A stretch of 64,000 bases of DNA from Squalus acanthias. Taxonomy: Eukaryota. Below the pieces are notes generated by a model. That model had not been told where the DNA came from, did not search any database, and worked only from the letters and a program-made list of their open reading frames with translations. The stretch lies in the NCBI GenBank assembly GCA_030390025.1, contig JASTWF010000048.1, positions 1,550,001 through 1,614,000 on the forward strand, read 5' to 3'. Shown piece after piece: positions 25,565 to 37,915 of the stretch. Numbering within the stretch: position 1 is the stretch's first letter; the number at the start of each line of letters is the position of its first letter. The position numbers and the translations under genes were made by a program.

Positions 25565-26720
25565 ACCACTGAGTGAGGGTCTTTACTCTGTATCTAATCA
25601 GTGAGTGAGGATCTGTACTCTGTAACTTATCAGTGAGTGAGGGTCTTTACTCTGTATCTAATCATTGATTGAGGGACTTTACTCTGTATCTAATCATTGA
25701 TTGAGGGACTTTACTCTGTATCTAATCATTGATTGAGGGACTTTACTCTGTATCTAATCAGTGATTGAGGGACTTTACTCTGTATCTAATCAATGAGTGA
25801 GGGTCTTTACTCTGTAGCTAATCAGTGAGTGAGGGTCGTTACTCTGTGTCTAATCAGTGAGTGAGGGTCTTTACTCTATCCAATCAGTGAGTGAGGATCT
25901 TTACTCTGTATCAAATCAGTGAGTGAGGGTCTTTGCTGTGTATTTAATCAGTGAGTGAGGGTCTTTACAGTGTATCTAATCAGTGAGTAAAGGTATTTAC
26001 TCTGTGTCTAATCAGTGAGTGAGGGTCTTTACTCTGTATCTAATCAGTGAGTGAGGGTATTTACTCTGTATGTAATCAGTGAGTGAGAGTCTTTGCACTG
26101 TATCTAATCAGTGAGTGAGGGTCTTTACTCTGTATCTAATCAGTGAGTGAGGGTATTTACTCTGTGTCTAATCAGTGAGTGAGGGTCTTTACTCTGTATC
26201 TAATCCGTGAGTGAGGGTCTTTGCTGTGTATCTAATCAGTGAGTGAGGGTCTTTGCTGTGTATCTAATCAGTGAGTGAGAGTCTTTACTCTGTATCTAAT
26301 CAGTGAGTGAGGGTATTTACTCTGTATGTAATCAGTGAGTGAGAGTCTTTGCACTGTATCTATTCAGTGAGTGAGAGTCTTTACTCTGTATCTAATCAGT
26401 GAGTGAGGGTCTTTGCTGTGTATCTAATCAGTGAGTGAGGGTCTTTACTCTGTATCTAATCAGTGAGTGAGGGTATTTACTCTGTATGTAATCAGTGAGT
26501 GAGAGTCTTTGCACTGTATCTATTCAGTGAGTGAGGGTCTTTACTCTGTATCTAATCAGTGAGTGAGGGTCTTTACTCTGTATCTAATCAGTGAGTGAGG
26601 GTATTTACTCTGTATCAAATCAGTGCGTGCGGTTCTTTACTCTGTATCTAATCACTGAGTAAGGCTCTTTACTCTGTATCTAATCAGTGAGTGAGGATCT
26701 TCATTCTGTATCAAAACAGT
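25565..26720. repeat. 32-bp minisatellite, ~36 units (paralog of 9258-10135)
   Basis: Same unit, same position relative to the paralogous V. Confidence 0.95.
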
Positions 26721-26899
26721 GTATGATGGGCTTTACTCTGCAGCTAAGCTATGCTGTCGCGTCTCGACCACCCCACCCCCGCCCCACGCCCTCGGGGATA
26801 ACACCTTCGCCAGCAATCCTGCGACTGGATCGGTCCTGAACCCCGTTCTCTGCTGGACCGGGCTTTTGATGCACCGCCCCGGCTCCTTGTGTCACTGTG

Positions 26900-27305
26900 A
26901 AGACTCCAGCTGCAGTAATACACCCCCGAGTGGTTCGCTCGCAGGCGGGCCGTTTGCAGGTGGAAGGTGGAGCCGTCCAGTTCTCCCGCCGTGTCGATGC
27001 GCCCGGTATTCGGAGGGAAGAAAAACAGCGACAGCTCTCCGTCTGGGAGCTGGCGTTACCAGGAAAGCACTGTGTCGATGGAGCCCTCTGCATAACATCG
27101 GATCTGCAATGAGGAGTGCCGGGGTTAGGAGATTACAGGCGGAATTTGCGGAACATTGCCGCAAGCCACACCGGCTAATATGAGGAAAGTTATGTGGTTA
27201 AAATACAGTGGGCGCTCACATTCGGAGCCGAACTGAGCCGTGGCATTGCAGAGGGTGACTTACTGTGAAACAGCAGCGCAAACACCAGACAGCGGATTGA
27301 TGTAT
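26900..27305 (-). pseudogene. TRBV: V7 pseudogene, paralog of V2 (V exon 27171-26900, leader relic 27305-27264)
   Basis: ATG>ATA, acceptor AG lost, two in-frame TAA stops, 24-bp deletion. Heptamer CACAGTG at 26899-26893 with a degraded nonamer. Confidence 0.9.
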
Positions 27306-29078
27306 TGCGATTAATGGTTCGCACAAGAGAGACGAGCGAAGTTTTGTAAAACGATTCTGCTCTCCCGCCAGCTGCGTGGCGGCTTTATCGAACTCCTGTT
27401 CTGTTTGGCTGACAGCTGCAGCCCGCTCACTCCAAGCCCCTTCTCCTTGCAGTCTGATTGACAGCTAATGATCCCTCGCCCCTGCCCCGCCCCTCCCGGC
27501 TTCTCTTCTCTAACGAGGTCGCTCAACCCTGGTAACATGCTGATAAACCGCCCCTTCACCTCCTCTGCTCAAAGGAGAACAATCCCAGTTTCTCTGGTCT
27601 CGCCACACAACTGATGTCACTCGATGCTGGTAACATTCTGGTACAACTCCTCGGAACCCTCTTTGAGGCCTTGACAGCTTTTCTAAAAGGTGTTTGGATA
27701 CAACACTCCATCTGGAGTTGAGGAAAGTTGTTTCTCAATGTTTAATCATGAAAACAAATCGAACGTTGTTGTCAGAAAGTTGTTGCTCAATTAAATTCTT
27801 GCACAGCACCAGAAATAAAGCAGCAAGTTGGAGAATGTTGTAAAGCATTGTGGCGGTGAGATGCACTCTGGTGGGTGCTGCTTTTTCAAATAAAGTATCA
27901 CAAATTATTTACAGAGGACATTCTGCAAACATGTCCATACCGGTGTTTATGATGCACACGAGCCTCCTCCAAACCCCATTCATTTAAACCCATCAACATA
28001 CCGTTCTATTCATAAAAACATAAGAAATAGGAGCAGGAGTCGGCCATTTGGTCCTTCGAGCCTACTCCGCCATTCAATAAGATCATGGCTGATCTTCTAC
28101 CTCATCCCCACTTTCCTGCACTATCCCCATATCCCTTGATTCCCTTAATATTCAAAAATCTATGGATCTCTGTCTTGAATATACTCAACAACTGAGCCTC
28201 CACAGCCCTCTGGGGTAGATAATTCCAAAAATTCAACAACCTCTGAGTGAAGAAATGTCTCCTCATCTCTGTTCTAAAAGGCCGAAGCCTTATTCTGAGA
28301 CTGTGACCCCTTAGTTCAAACTTCCATGCCAGGGTAAACATCCTCCCTGCATTTAACCTGTTAAGCCCTGAAAGAATGTTGTATGTTTAAAATCCTTCTC
28401 CTTGTGCTTATCTTGTTTCCCCTAAAAAGTGTCTACGCGATTCAACTCGATTATTCCCTGTGGCAGCGAATTCCACATTCTAACCACTCTCTGGCTAAAT
28501 ATGTTTCTCCTGCATTTCCTATTGGATCGATTAGCGACTATCATATATTTATGGGCCCTAATGCTGGTCTCCTCTGCAAGTGCAAACATCTTCTCTATCT
28601 CTACCCCATCAAACCCTTTCATAATCTTAACAATCTCTATCGAGTAAACCCTCAGTATTTTCGTTTCTAGAGAAAAGAGACACAACATGTCCAATCTTTT
28701 CTGATAGTTATAAGCTCTCAGTTCTGATATCATTCTAATAAATATATTTTGCACCTTCTCCAGTGTCTCTATATTCTTTATATAACACAGAGACCAGAAC
28801 TGTTCACAGTATTCCAAGTGTGGTCTAACCAAAGTTCTATACAATTTTAACATAACTTCTCTGTTTTTAAATTCTATCCCTGTAGAAATGAACCCCCGTG
28901 CTTTGTTTGCATTTTTTATGAGCTTATTAACCTGTGTCGCTACTTTTAGTGATCTGTGTATCTTTTCCACCAGATCCCTCTGTTCCTCTGCCCTAATTAG
29001 ACACTTATTTTCTCAGGAGTGTGTGGCTTCCTTATTCTTCCTACCAAAATGTATTACCTCGAACCATTCTATATTGAA

Positions 29079-29854
29079 ATAACAACAGAAAACGCTGGAA
29101 AAACTCAGCAGGCCAGGCAGCATCCGTGGAGAGAGAAAGAGAGTTAACGTTTCAGGTCGATGACCTTTCATCAGAACTGGGAAGAGCCGGAAATCAAATA
29201 GATTTAAGGCCAGGGTAAAGCTGGGAAAAGGGGGAGGGGATAAAGGAACAAAGGGGGAGATGAAGAGACATTAAGAGACATTAAGAGATATGCAAGGCTA
29301 GATGTGGTGTTAATGTGACAGATTAAGGCTGAAAGAAGCGTGAAATCCACTGGCAGAATGAAGGACAGCTGCCAGCTTCTAGGAGGAAAAAAAGGTGTGG
29401 GGGGTGGCAAATAAAAGGGTGGAAAAAATAAAATATAAATGTGATTGGAGCTGAGGTTATGATCTAAAATTGTTGAACTCGTTATTGAGTCCAGAGGGCT
29501 GTAGCGTGCCTAAACGAAAGATGAGGTGCTGTTCCTCGAGCTTACGCTGCGCTTCCGTGGAACAGTGTAATAGGCCGAGGACGGTGAGGTCAGAGTGGGA
29601 GTGAAGCGGTGAATTAAAGTGACAGGCGACCGGGAGCTCGGGGTCCCCCTTACGGACTGAACGGAGGTGTTCCGCAAAGCGTTCACCCAATCTGAGTTTG
29701 GTCTCCCCAATGTAGAGGAGACCACATCGTGTGCAGCGAATACAGTATACTAAATTGCAGGAAGTACAAGAACATCGCTGTTTCACCTGGAAGGGGTGTT
29801 TGGGTCCCTGGACAGTGGGAAGAGAGGAGGTATATGGGCATGTGTTGCATATAT
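29079..29854 (-). mobile_element. Penelope-like element 3' fragment nested in a CR1 LINE
   Basis: GIY-YIG ORF (NLVYCIRCTRCGLLYIGET...EHLRS). 13-bp duplication ATTCTATATTGAA at 29066-29078 and 29855-29867. Confidence 0.88.
29142..29178 (-). ncRNA. Minimal hammerhead ribozyme motif in Penelope-like terminus
   Basis: AGUU-CUGAUGA-A-AGGUC(AUC)GACCU-GAAA-CG-UU-AACU: catalytic core, stems I and II, palindromic ACGU stem III. Confidence 0.75.
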
Positions 29855-31779
29855 ATTCTATATTGAAGTTCATTTGTCAATTACGAGCCCATTCTGACAG
29901 TGTATTAATGTCTGCCTATATTTGCTGCAGTCCACCTCTGTATTAACTACATCCCCCAATTTGGTGTCATTCGCAAATTTTAAAATTGGACTTCCGATTC
30001 CCGAGTCAAAATCGTTTATGTAAATGTTGAAAAATTGTGGTCCCAGCACCGATCCTTGCGGAACACCACTTCTCGCTATTTGTCATTCTGAGTAACTACC
30101 TATAACCCCAACGCTCTGTTCCTGTTTGTAGCAAGCTTGCTCTCCATTCTGCTACTTGAATTCTGACTCCAAATGTTCTGATCTTAGTCATGAGTCTGAT
30201 ATGAGATTCATAGTCGAAGGCTGTTTGGAAATCCAAATAGCTTACATCTACATCATGACCCATATCTACCCTTTCAGTTACGTATTCAAAGAATTCAATA
30301 AGGTTGGTCAAGCATGACCTTCCCTTTTGTAATCTTCTTTATCATAGACTCTTAGCTGCTCTTTCTTATTTTTTCTGTTTCTAGATTTTTTATGAGACCT
30401 TTGAGCAAGGATTCCATTATCTTACCTGTCACCGACGTTAGGCTAATTGAGCTGTAGTTCCCTGGACTTGTTCTGTCTCCCTTTCTAAATAAAGCAATTA
30501 CATTGTCTGCCCGCCAGTCCTCTGGCACTATTCTAATGAATTTATATATATGTAATAGTAACTTCTTTATGTTTGCGCAGATGTAATCCATCCGGACCAA
30601 AGGTTTTATCCTCTCTAAGTTCGAATAGTTTGTAAGTATCTCCCCCCTTTCTATCTTAAATGTATTTATATCCTTTTTGATATCATCTTCTAATGTCATG
30701 AGCAGCAGGTTAGTTTCCCTGGTAATTACGGGCCAGACCAGGTTCAGTCTTAAATTCAGGTCAGTTTCATTCGCACAGCGTCAGAGCCGGAAGTCGCATC
30801 AAACAGTTGCAATCGCTTCCATATTAACTCAACACAATTCACAGCAAAAGTTAATACTGGGCCAAAGAATTTAGCATCTGATTTCGATGGCATTTGTATT
30901 AAAATAAAGTAAAACGCCTGTCTTTCTTTTTTACTTTATTTCTTACTTTCTTTCTTTTTTTTTTTACTTCTTTGTTTTTTCTCTCTTTCTTTCCTGCTTC
31001 CTCTCCTTCTCTCTCTCTCTCATTCTTTCTCTCTTTCTTTCTTTCTCTCTCACGTTTATTTCTGTCATTGTCGGGAATTGGAAAGGATATCGAATCTGCG
31101 GGTTGGAACATTAAGGGGAATTTTAGTTCTGCTGCGGCATTGCTCATTCGGTGACAAATCAGAATGTGGCGTTGGCTTCAATGGAGCAACATCGCCAGGT
31201 AGAGGCCAGAACGTGCAACTACAAGCAACTAGGACTTGGTGATTTTTCCCAGTGCAACCAAGTACGTAAGTCTTTTCAAGATTAATCTTGAAATAGATCC
31301 GCCTTCCAACTTTTTCCTCTGCTTCAGATACTTACATTTGCTACATTGATTAAAATAGAATGTCCAGTACACAGTCAGGCATTCGGCCGAATTCATCTGT
31401 GCAGGTGTTTATGCTCCACACGACCCTTCTCCCACCTCTCTTCATCTCACCCTTTCAGCATATCCTTGTTTTCCTTTCTCCCTCGTATGTTTATCAAGCT
31501 TGCCCTTAGAGCATCTTTGCTATTGACCTCAACCATTCACTGCGGTACCGAGTTCCACACACTCTGTGGAAAGAAGTATCTCCTGAATTCCTTTTTGGAT
31601 GTATTCTTGACTATTATATTAAACTTGATTTGGTCTCCCCCACAAGTGAAAACATCTTCTCCTGGTCTAACCTTTCAAACAGTTCATAATTGTAAAGCCC
31701 TTTATTAATCATCCTTCAGTCTTCTCATTCTAGAGTCTTTGCTGGTAGGTATAATCACACCGTACTCTTAAAGTGAGGT

Positions 31780-32525
31780 GCAACCAAGGTATATGGAGAC
31801 CAGTACTGTGTACAATGCTCCATGTGCAGTCGAACCAAGGTATATGGAGACCAGAACTGTGCACAGTGCTCCAAGGGTGGTCTACGAAGGTGTATGGAGA
31901 CCGGAAGTGTACACAGTGCTCCAAGTGTGATGTAACCAAGGTATATGGAGACCAGAACTGTGCACAGTACTCTAAGTGTGTTCTAACCAAGGTATATGGA
32001 GACCAAAACTGTGCACAGTGCTCCATGTGTGGTCTAACCAAGGTATATGGAGACCAGAACTGTGCACAGTACTCTAAGTCTGGTCTAACCATGGTATATG
32101 GAGACCAGAACTGTGCACAGTGCTCCAAGTGTTGTCTAACCAAGGTATATGGAGACCAGTTCTGAGGACAGTGCTCCACGTGTGGTCTAACTGTGGTATA
32201 TGGAGATCATAACCGTGCACCGTGCACCAAGTGTAGTCTACAAAGGTATATGGAGACCGTAACTGTACACAGCGCTCCATATGTGTTCTAACCAAGGTAT
32301 ATGGTTACCAGAACTTTGCACAGTGCTCCTAATGTGCTCTAACCAAGCTATATGGAGACCAGAACTGTGCACAGTGCTCCAAGTGTGACCTAACCAAGGT
32401 ATATGGAGACCATAACTGTGCACAGAGCGCCAAGTGTGATCTAACTAAGGTATATGGAGACCAGAACTTTGCACAGTGCTCCAAGAGTGAACTAACCAAG
32501 TTATATGGTGTCCAGAACTGTGCAC
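31780..32525. repeat. 51-bp tandem repeat derived from CR1 ORF2, ~14-15 units
   Basis: Minus strand reads TLVRPHLEYCAQFWSPY per unit; lies within a CR1 3' fragment. Confidence 0.92.
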
Positions 32526-32615
32526 GGGGCGCTGTTCCCTGTAAATTTAAAGGAGTTTGAGAGCATGTTGTGTGAGGTCATTTGTCTGAGTGCCACGTGA
32601 CTCTGAAGCACGATA

Positions 32616-33339
32616 TCCCATCAGCAGCTGCACAGAAATACACCACCCCATCTGTGCCTTTAATGCTTTCGATCATCAGGGAGGATTTCCTATTCTCTCT
32701 CGTCCTCGTAGTAGCAAACCCGCTCTTAAAACACTGAAGATACTGAGCTTCACTTCATCAATGAATGGATCTGAGTAACACTTATCGCCGGCGGGCTGAC
32801 GATAACACAGCATGTTATTGCGAAGCGTTCTGTTCTGCTCACAGTTCAGTTCGGTGCATCCTCGCTCGATGAGTCTTTGATGCATCACATCGGCCGGTGA
32901 ACCAACTGGAAACAGGAATGACTGGGAAAGAATTAGGACGGTTTGCGTTACACTTGCGACGGTAGATGCCAGAGTTGCGCTAAATTACCGATGGAAATTA
33001 AGGCTCGCTCCTAATTTCCTACAAGCACCTGGGCAAACGCAGCTGTAAAATACAACGTCAAACTCTGCAAACGCGCATCTGGGTGAGAATATTAAAAGGT
33101 TAGACTAATAGTAATGACATTTGTGGTCCAAAAAATGAACATATTTTAGAGCCAACTATCTTATATTAAATCATTGACTGCCTGTATATCACTTCATCGC
33201 GGTGACATTAACGAACTGCATTATTTAGATCGTCATTTATCGGTTTTAGTTGATCAAGTCTAAAACATTGAGAGCGAGTGAATTTTACCATCCTCATTGC
33301 CAGTAAGAAAAGAGCGCAGACAAGGATATTGACTCGCGT
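32616..33339 (-). pseudogene. TRBV: V8 degenerate V relic (V exon ~32905-32616, leader relic ~33339-33289)
   Basis: ELNCEQN...MLCYRQ (Trp>Cys), frameshifts, ...DGVVYFCAAAD. Decayed RSS TATCGTG-23-ACAAATGAC. Leader start is ACG. Confidence 0.8.
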
Positions 33340-33681
33340 ATTTCAGGAGATCTAAGACACATTTTTTTCTTTATTTATTTCCTTTCTTCCTTCTGTCCTT
33401 CTTTCCTTCCTTCTTTCCTTCTGTCATTCTTACCTTCTATCTTTCCTTCTTTCTTTCCTCCTTTCGTTGATTATTTCTTTCTGTCTGTCATTTCCTCGCA
33501 CCTTCTCTTATTTCCTGTCATTCTGCCCTTGTTGAACGTGCAAGAATCGTGTGTAACCCGCTGGAAATAGCCGGTGAAGCGTGCAGACATTAGCCATTGT
33601 CACAGCTCTTGATGTTCAGGGAGTTGGGTTGCTCAATCTGCTGTGTTTTGTACTGGCACTCGCGCAGTCTGCAGCGCTGTG

Positions 33682-34621
33682 CTCACTGGCTGCACAGTAA
33701 TACACGGCTGTATCCGCAGCCTTCACCTTGAAGATCCTCAGGGTGCACTTTTTATCCTCGGGTCTTATAATCTCGACCTCCTTCTCAAAGTTTTCTTCAA
33801 AAGTGGCTGGAATTCCAGTACGAGAATAGCCTATTAGGTTAAGGCTCTGACCGGTGTACTGCCGATACCACAGCATGACGCTCCTGCTGCTGTCGTTCTG
33901 GTAACAGTTTAATTCTGCTGGTTCACCTTTATTCATTGTTACTGTACTTGGCCATTGGTGTATCACCTCTGCTAATGTTTTACCTTAAACAATAAGGAGA
34001 ACGTTTAAGTAGTTCAGTGCATCATGTAACNNNNNNNNNNNNNNNNNNNNNNNNNNNNNNNNNNNNNNNNNNNNNNNNNNNNNNNNNNNNNNNNNNNNNN
34101 NNNNNNNNNNNNNNNNNNNNNNNNNNNNNNNNNNNNNNNNNNNNNNNNNNNNNNNNNNNNNNNNNNNNNNNNNNNNNNNNNNNNNNNNNNNNNNNNNNNN
34201 NNNNNNNNNNNNNNNNNNNNNNNNNNNNNNNNNNNNNNNNNNNNNNNNNNNNNNNNNNNNNNNNNNNNNNNNNNNNNNNNNNNNNNNNNNNNNNNNNNNN
34301 NGACCACGAATTAGGGGAAATTTATTATTAAAAAGACAATTTTCTATTCGATTTACGAAAATATAGTTAAGAAAACGATTTAATATTAAATTTCATTAAG
34401 CCAAAATTATTCACAAACATATTCCGTTCAATTATCAAGTTAAATTACACAGGTTACGCAACAGTTAATAAGTTATGTTACGGCATGGGTATACCATTGG
34501 CAGAAAGAGTTAATAGTGAATGAAAACACAAATAACATTTCAGCGCATGTATCGTTATAAACGAAGAATACTTACATGGAAACAGCGGCCAGAGGATAAT
34601 GAAGAGAATGTCTAACTGCAT
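33682..34621 (-). CDS. TRBV: TCR beta V segment V9 (leader 34621-34576, V exon 33983-33682)
   Basis: Leader MQLDILFIILWPLFP|GTAAGT. V exon VIHQWP...LNCYQND...WYRQ...DTAVYYCAASE. RSS CACAGCG-23-ACAAAACAC at 33681-33643. Confidence 0.92.
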
Positions 34622-35833
34622 CCTACAGGCTGGGGACTGAATCCACTACTGGACAAATTGCAGGCAGCAGAAGTTAAAACTGTCAGCCGAAAATGACATC
34701 ACGAGAAGTTATGTTCCCTTTCGACTCGTCACTTCCTGCATGACATAATATTCAGACGACCTGGTCGAAAGCAGAATGAGAGAGCAACGAGTTCCGGTCC
34801 CTGCGGTTGACATTGTATGTGTCTGACTGATGTTGGATGGGGCGAGTTGGGCAACTGGCTCAGTTGCCTAGACGATTGGATTGCTTTAAGGTCGAGGTCG
34901 AGCGGCACAAGAGAAGGCCCACCACCACCTTTTCAAGGGACAACTCGGGATGGGCTATCAATCTCGGTCTTGCCAGCGACGTCCACATCCCGAGAATGAA
35001 TACAAAGAAAATAATCTTTATTTATCTCACACTTTCTCATATTTTTTGATACTAGTGCTGTTCTGCACTTCAACCCTTGCACCTTTACTTAAATTTCGCA
35101 TAAAAAGGTGAGGTGTTTATGTTTGATAAAAAGGATTTGATAGGGTAGATGGAGAGAAATTATTTGCTCCGATGGGAAATTCCAGAAAAATGGAAAATAA
35201 ACTTAGAGCTCTGCTCTCCTGGGATGATGTCAGGAAGCACTTATTCAGACAAAGTTAGGTGGAAATCAGAAACGGTCTCCCCAAACAGCTGTTGAGGCTG
35301 GGGGTAAATTGAAAAATGTCAAAACTGATACGAATAGATTTTTGTTAGGCAAAGGTATTAAGGATTTTGAAACCAAGCCGAGGAGATGCAGTTAAGATAC
35401 AGATCAGCCATGATCGAATTGAATGGAGGAACAGACTCGAGGGGCCACTGGTCTACTCCTATTCCTATGTAACAGGCTCGAGGGGCCAACTGGTCTACTC
35501 CTATTCCTATATTGTTATGAGTCTGCAAGTTTTAATGTAGGCTTCCTCTTGTTATACCAGAGCTCCCCCTAGCGGTGCCTGATAGAAGTTGATTACATTG
35601 AAATGACAGCCGCGTTGAACAGGGCAAACTCGTATCCCCCAAGTATAATGATAACCCAACGTCTGTTTTCAGGAAGGAATTAACTGGTTCAACACAAATG
35701 AATATTATAACAGCGGATAGAGGAATGTCGTGCGCGTTAAGCGAGCGACGGTAGGTCTGAGATTTCCGGCATCTTTCTGTTCGATGTTATATTGAGTTTT
35801 TGAACCGGCTCTGCGCTTGTTTGCATCGCTGTG

Positions 35834-36751
35834 CTGTGTAGTAGCGCAGTAATAGGCCGCCGTGTCAGTCGGCTCAGCGCTCAGTATTTTCAGCCTGCAG
35901 GACTTAGTATCAGGTCTCTTTACTTCAAACCTCTCCTTGAATCCATCCTCATGTGTTGGCTCGCTGCCGGATACCGAGGCCGCCATGAGCTGCAACCCTG
36001 CCCCGCTGTACTGCCGGTACCAGTACATCCTTGCATTGCTGGTGTCGTTCTGGTAACAGTGCATTTCCACCTGTTGACCCATTCCAACGGACAACCATCT
36101 CCCCCACTGGTGGACGATGGAACATCTAGATGGGGCTGAAGAACAACAATGAAAGGGGATAGAAAGAGGTGCCAAATTGAAATTAGAAATGTGGGACAAG
36201 TGTTTCATCAAATCCGAGAAAAGCTGACTGAACGATGGGTGTTGGATTAAATACATGGCCCGATGTAGCACCGACCCATTCAGACCAGGAAAACTCCAGG
36301 ATCAACTTCGGCCTGTCCTGGGCCAATATTTATCCCTCAAAAACTATCACTCAACAAAAACAGATGATCTGGTCATTATCATATTGCTATTTGTGTGAGC
36401 TTGCTGTGCGCAAATTGCTGGCAGCGTTTCCTATATTATAACAGTGACAACACTTTAAAAGTTGTAAAACACTTTGGAACATCCTGAGCTCGTGATGGGC
36501 GCTACAGAAGTGCAATTTGCTTCTTTCTTTTATACCGGTCTGTCCTGAGTTAGAGGTGGCACTGGGGCGTGAGGCTCCCTGTTCTTATTAGAATCTGGAC
36601 TGCTATCAAACTAAAGCAGAGCCATCTCGTTAGGAACAACCACAATTTGAGATATCACAAGTAAGTTGACAACTGAAAAAATTCCAACACAGCGAAAATA
36701 CTTACATAAGAGAAACAGGAAAAGGGAACACACCAAATTGGTAGAGGTCAT
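35834..36751 (-). CDS. TRBV: TCR beta V segment V10 (leader 36751-36706, V exon 36135-35834)
   Basis: Leader MTSTNLVCSLFLFLL|GTAAGT. V exon IVHQW...MHCYQND...MYWYRQ...DTAAYYCATTQ. RSS CACAGCG-23-TCAAAAACT at 35833-35795. Confidence 0.92.
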
Positions 36752-37234
36752 GCTGTTAGGCGTTCAGCAGATGACGTGTCCTCGTATTCACTCACCTGGC
36801 ATCTACCCCAAGATGCTACTCCGCTTCCGTTTCTTTTGTCTGGTAATCAGGAAGCGACATCACCGTCCAGGGGAAGGAACTATATTTGTCCTTGCGTGTT
36901 TTTTAGCGGCTCGATGCGGTAACTGTAGACAACGGAATGTATCTAAGATTTAACAATTCGCTCTCAGTCGCGGTGCACTTTATACATCAGTGAAATAGTT
37001 TCATTTCCTATGTTTCAACCGGACGATTGCGTTGACAAAATAAAGCAGTAAAAATACAATTGAGATAAAATTGATATTTTTATAATTATATTATTATATA
37101 TATATCAAAAATTCTGCCTGACATGTTAAGGGTTTTGTTTTGACAACAAAAAATTGCTACTGACTCTGCAAAGAATTACATAGTATTTGGCAATGGGACA
37201 AAAAATCAAGTCTTTCGGCAATTCAGAACCTCGC

Positions 37235-37915
37235 TGACAGTACAGCACTCCCTCAGTACTGCATCCGCTTCACTGCAGCGCTCCCTCATTACTGCCCCTA
37301 CGACACTGCAGTGCTCCCTCAGTACTGCTCCCTCCAACATTACAGCACTAACTCAGTACTACCCCTCCCACAGTGCAGCCCTCCTCAGTACTACCTCTCT
37401 GACAGTACAGCACTCCTTCAGTACTGCACTTCCAACAGTGCAGCCCTCCATCATTACTGTCCCTACGACAGTGCAGCGCTCCCGCAGTTCTGCCCCTCCA
37501 ACAGTGCAACGCTCTCTCAGTACAGCCCTTCCGAGAGTGTAGTGCTCCCTCAGTACTGTCCCTCCGACAGTGCAGCACTCCATCAGTACTGCCCCCTGAG
37601 ATTGCAGCGCTCCCTCAGTACTGCCCCTCCAACAGTGCGGCGCTCCCTCAGTACTGCCCTCCGATAGTGCAGCGCTCCCTCAGTACTGTCCTCCGACAGT
37701 GCCGTCGCTCCCTCAGTACTGCCCCTCCGACAGTGCAGGCGCTCCCACAGTACTGTCCCTCCGACAGTGCGGCGCTCCCTCAGTACTGCCCCTCCGACAG
37801 TCTGGCGCTCCCTCAGTACTGCCCCTCCGACAGTGCGGCGCCTCCTCAGTACTGCCCCTCCGACAGTGCCGCGCTCCCTCAGTACTACCCCTCCCACAGT
37901 GCAACCTTCTCTCAG
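37235..37915 (-). repeat. 33-bp SINE-derived minisatellite, inverted orientation
   Basis: CAGTACTGCCCCTCCGACAGTGCAGCGCTCCCT units. Confidence 0.9.

Larger units (their letters stand above)
28380..30720 (-). mobile_element. CR1 LINE ORF2 remnant, interrupted by the Penelope-like insertion
   Basis: LYRTLVRPHLEYCEQFW, DVSYLDFQTAFD and DWRADNVIALFRKGDRTSPGNY CR1 motifs with stops. Confidence 0.85.
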
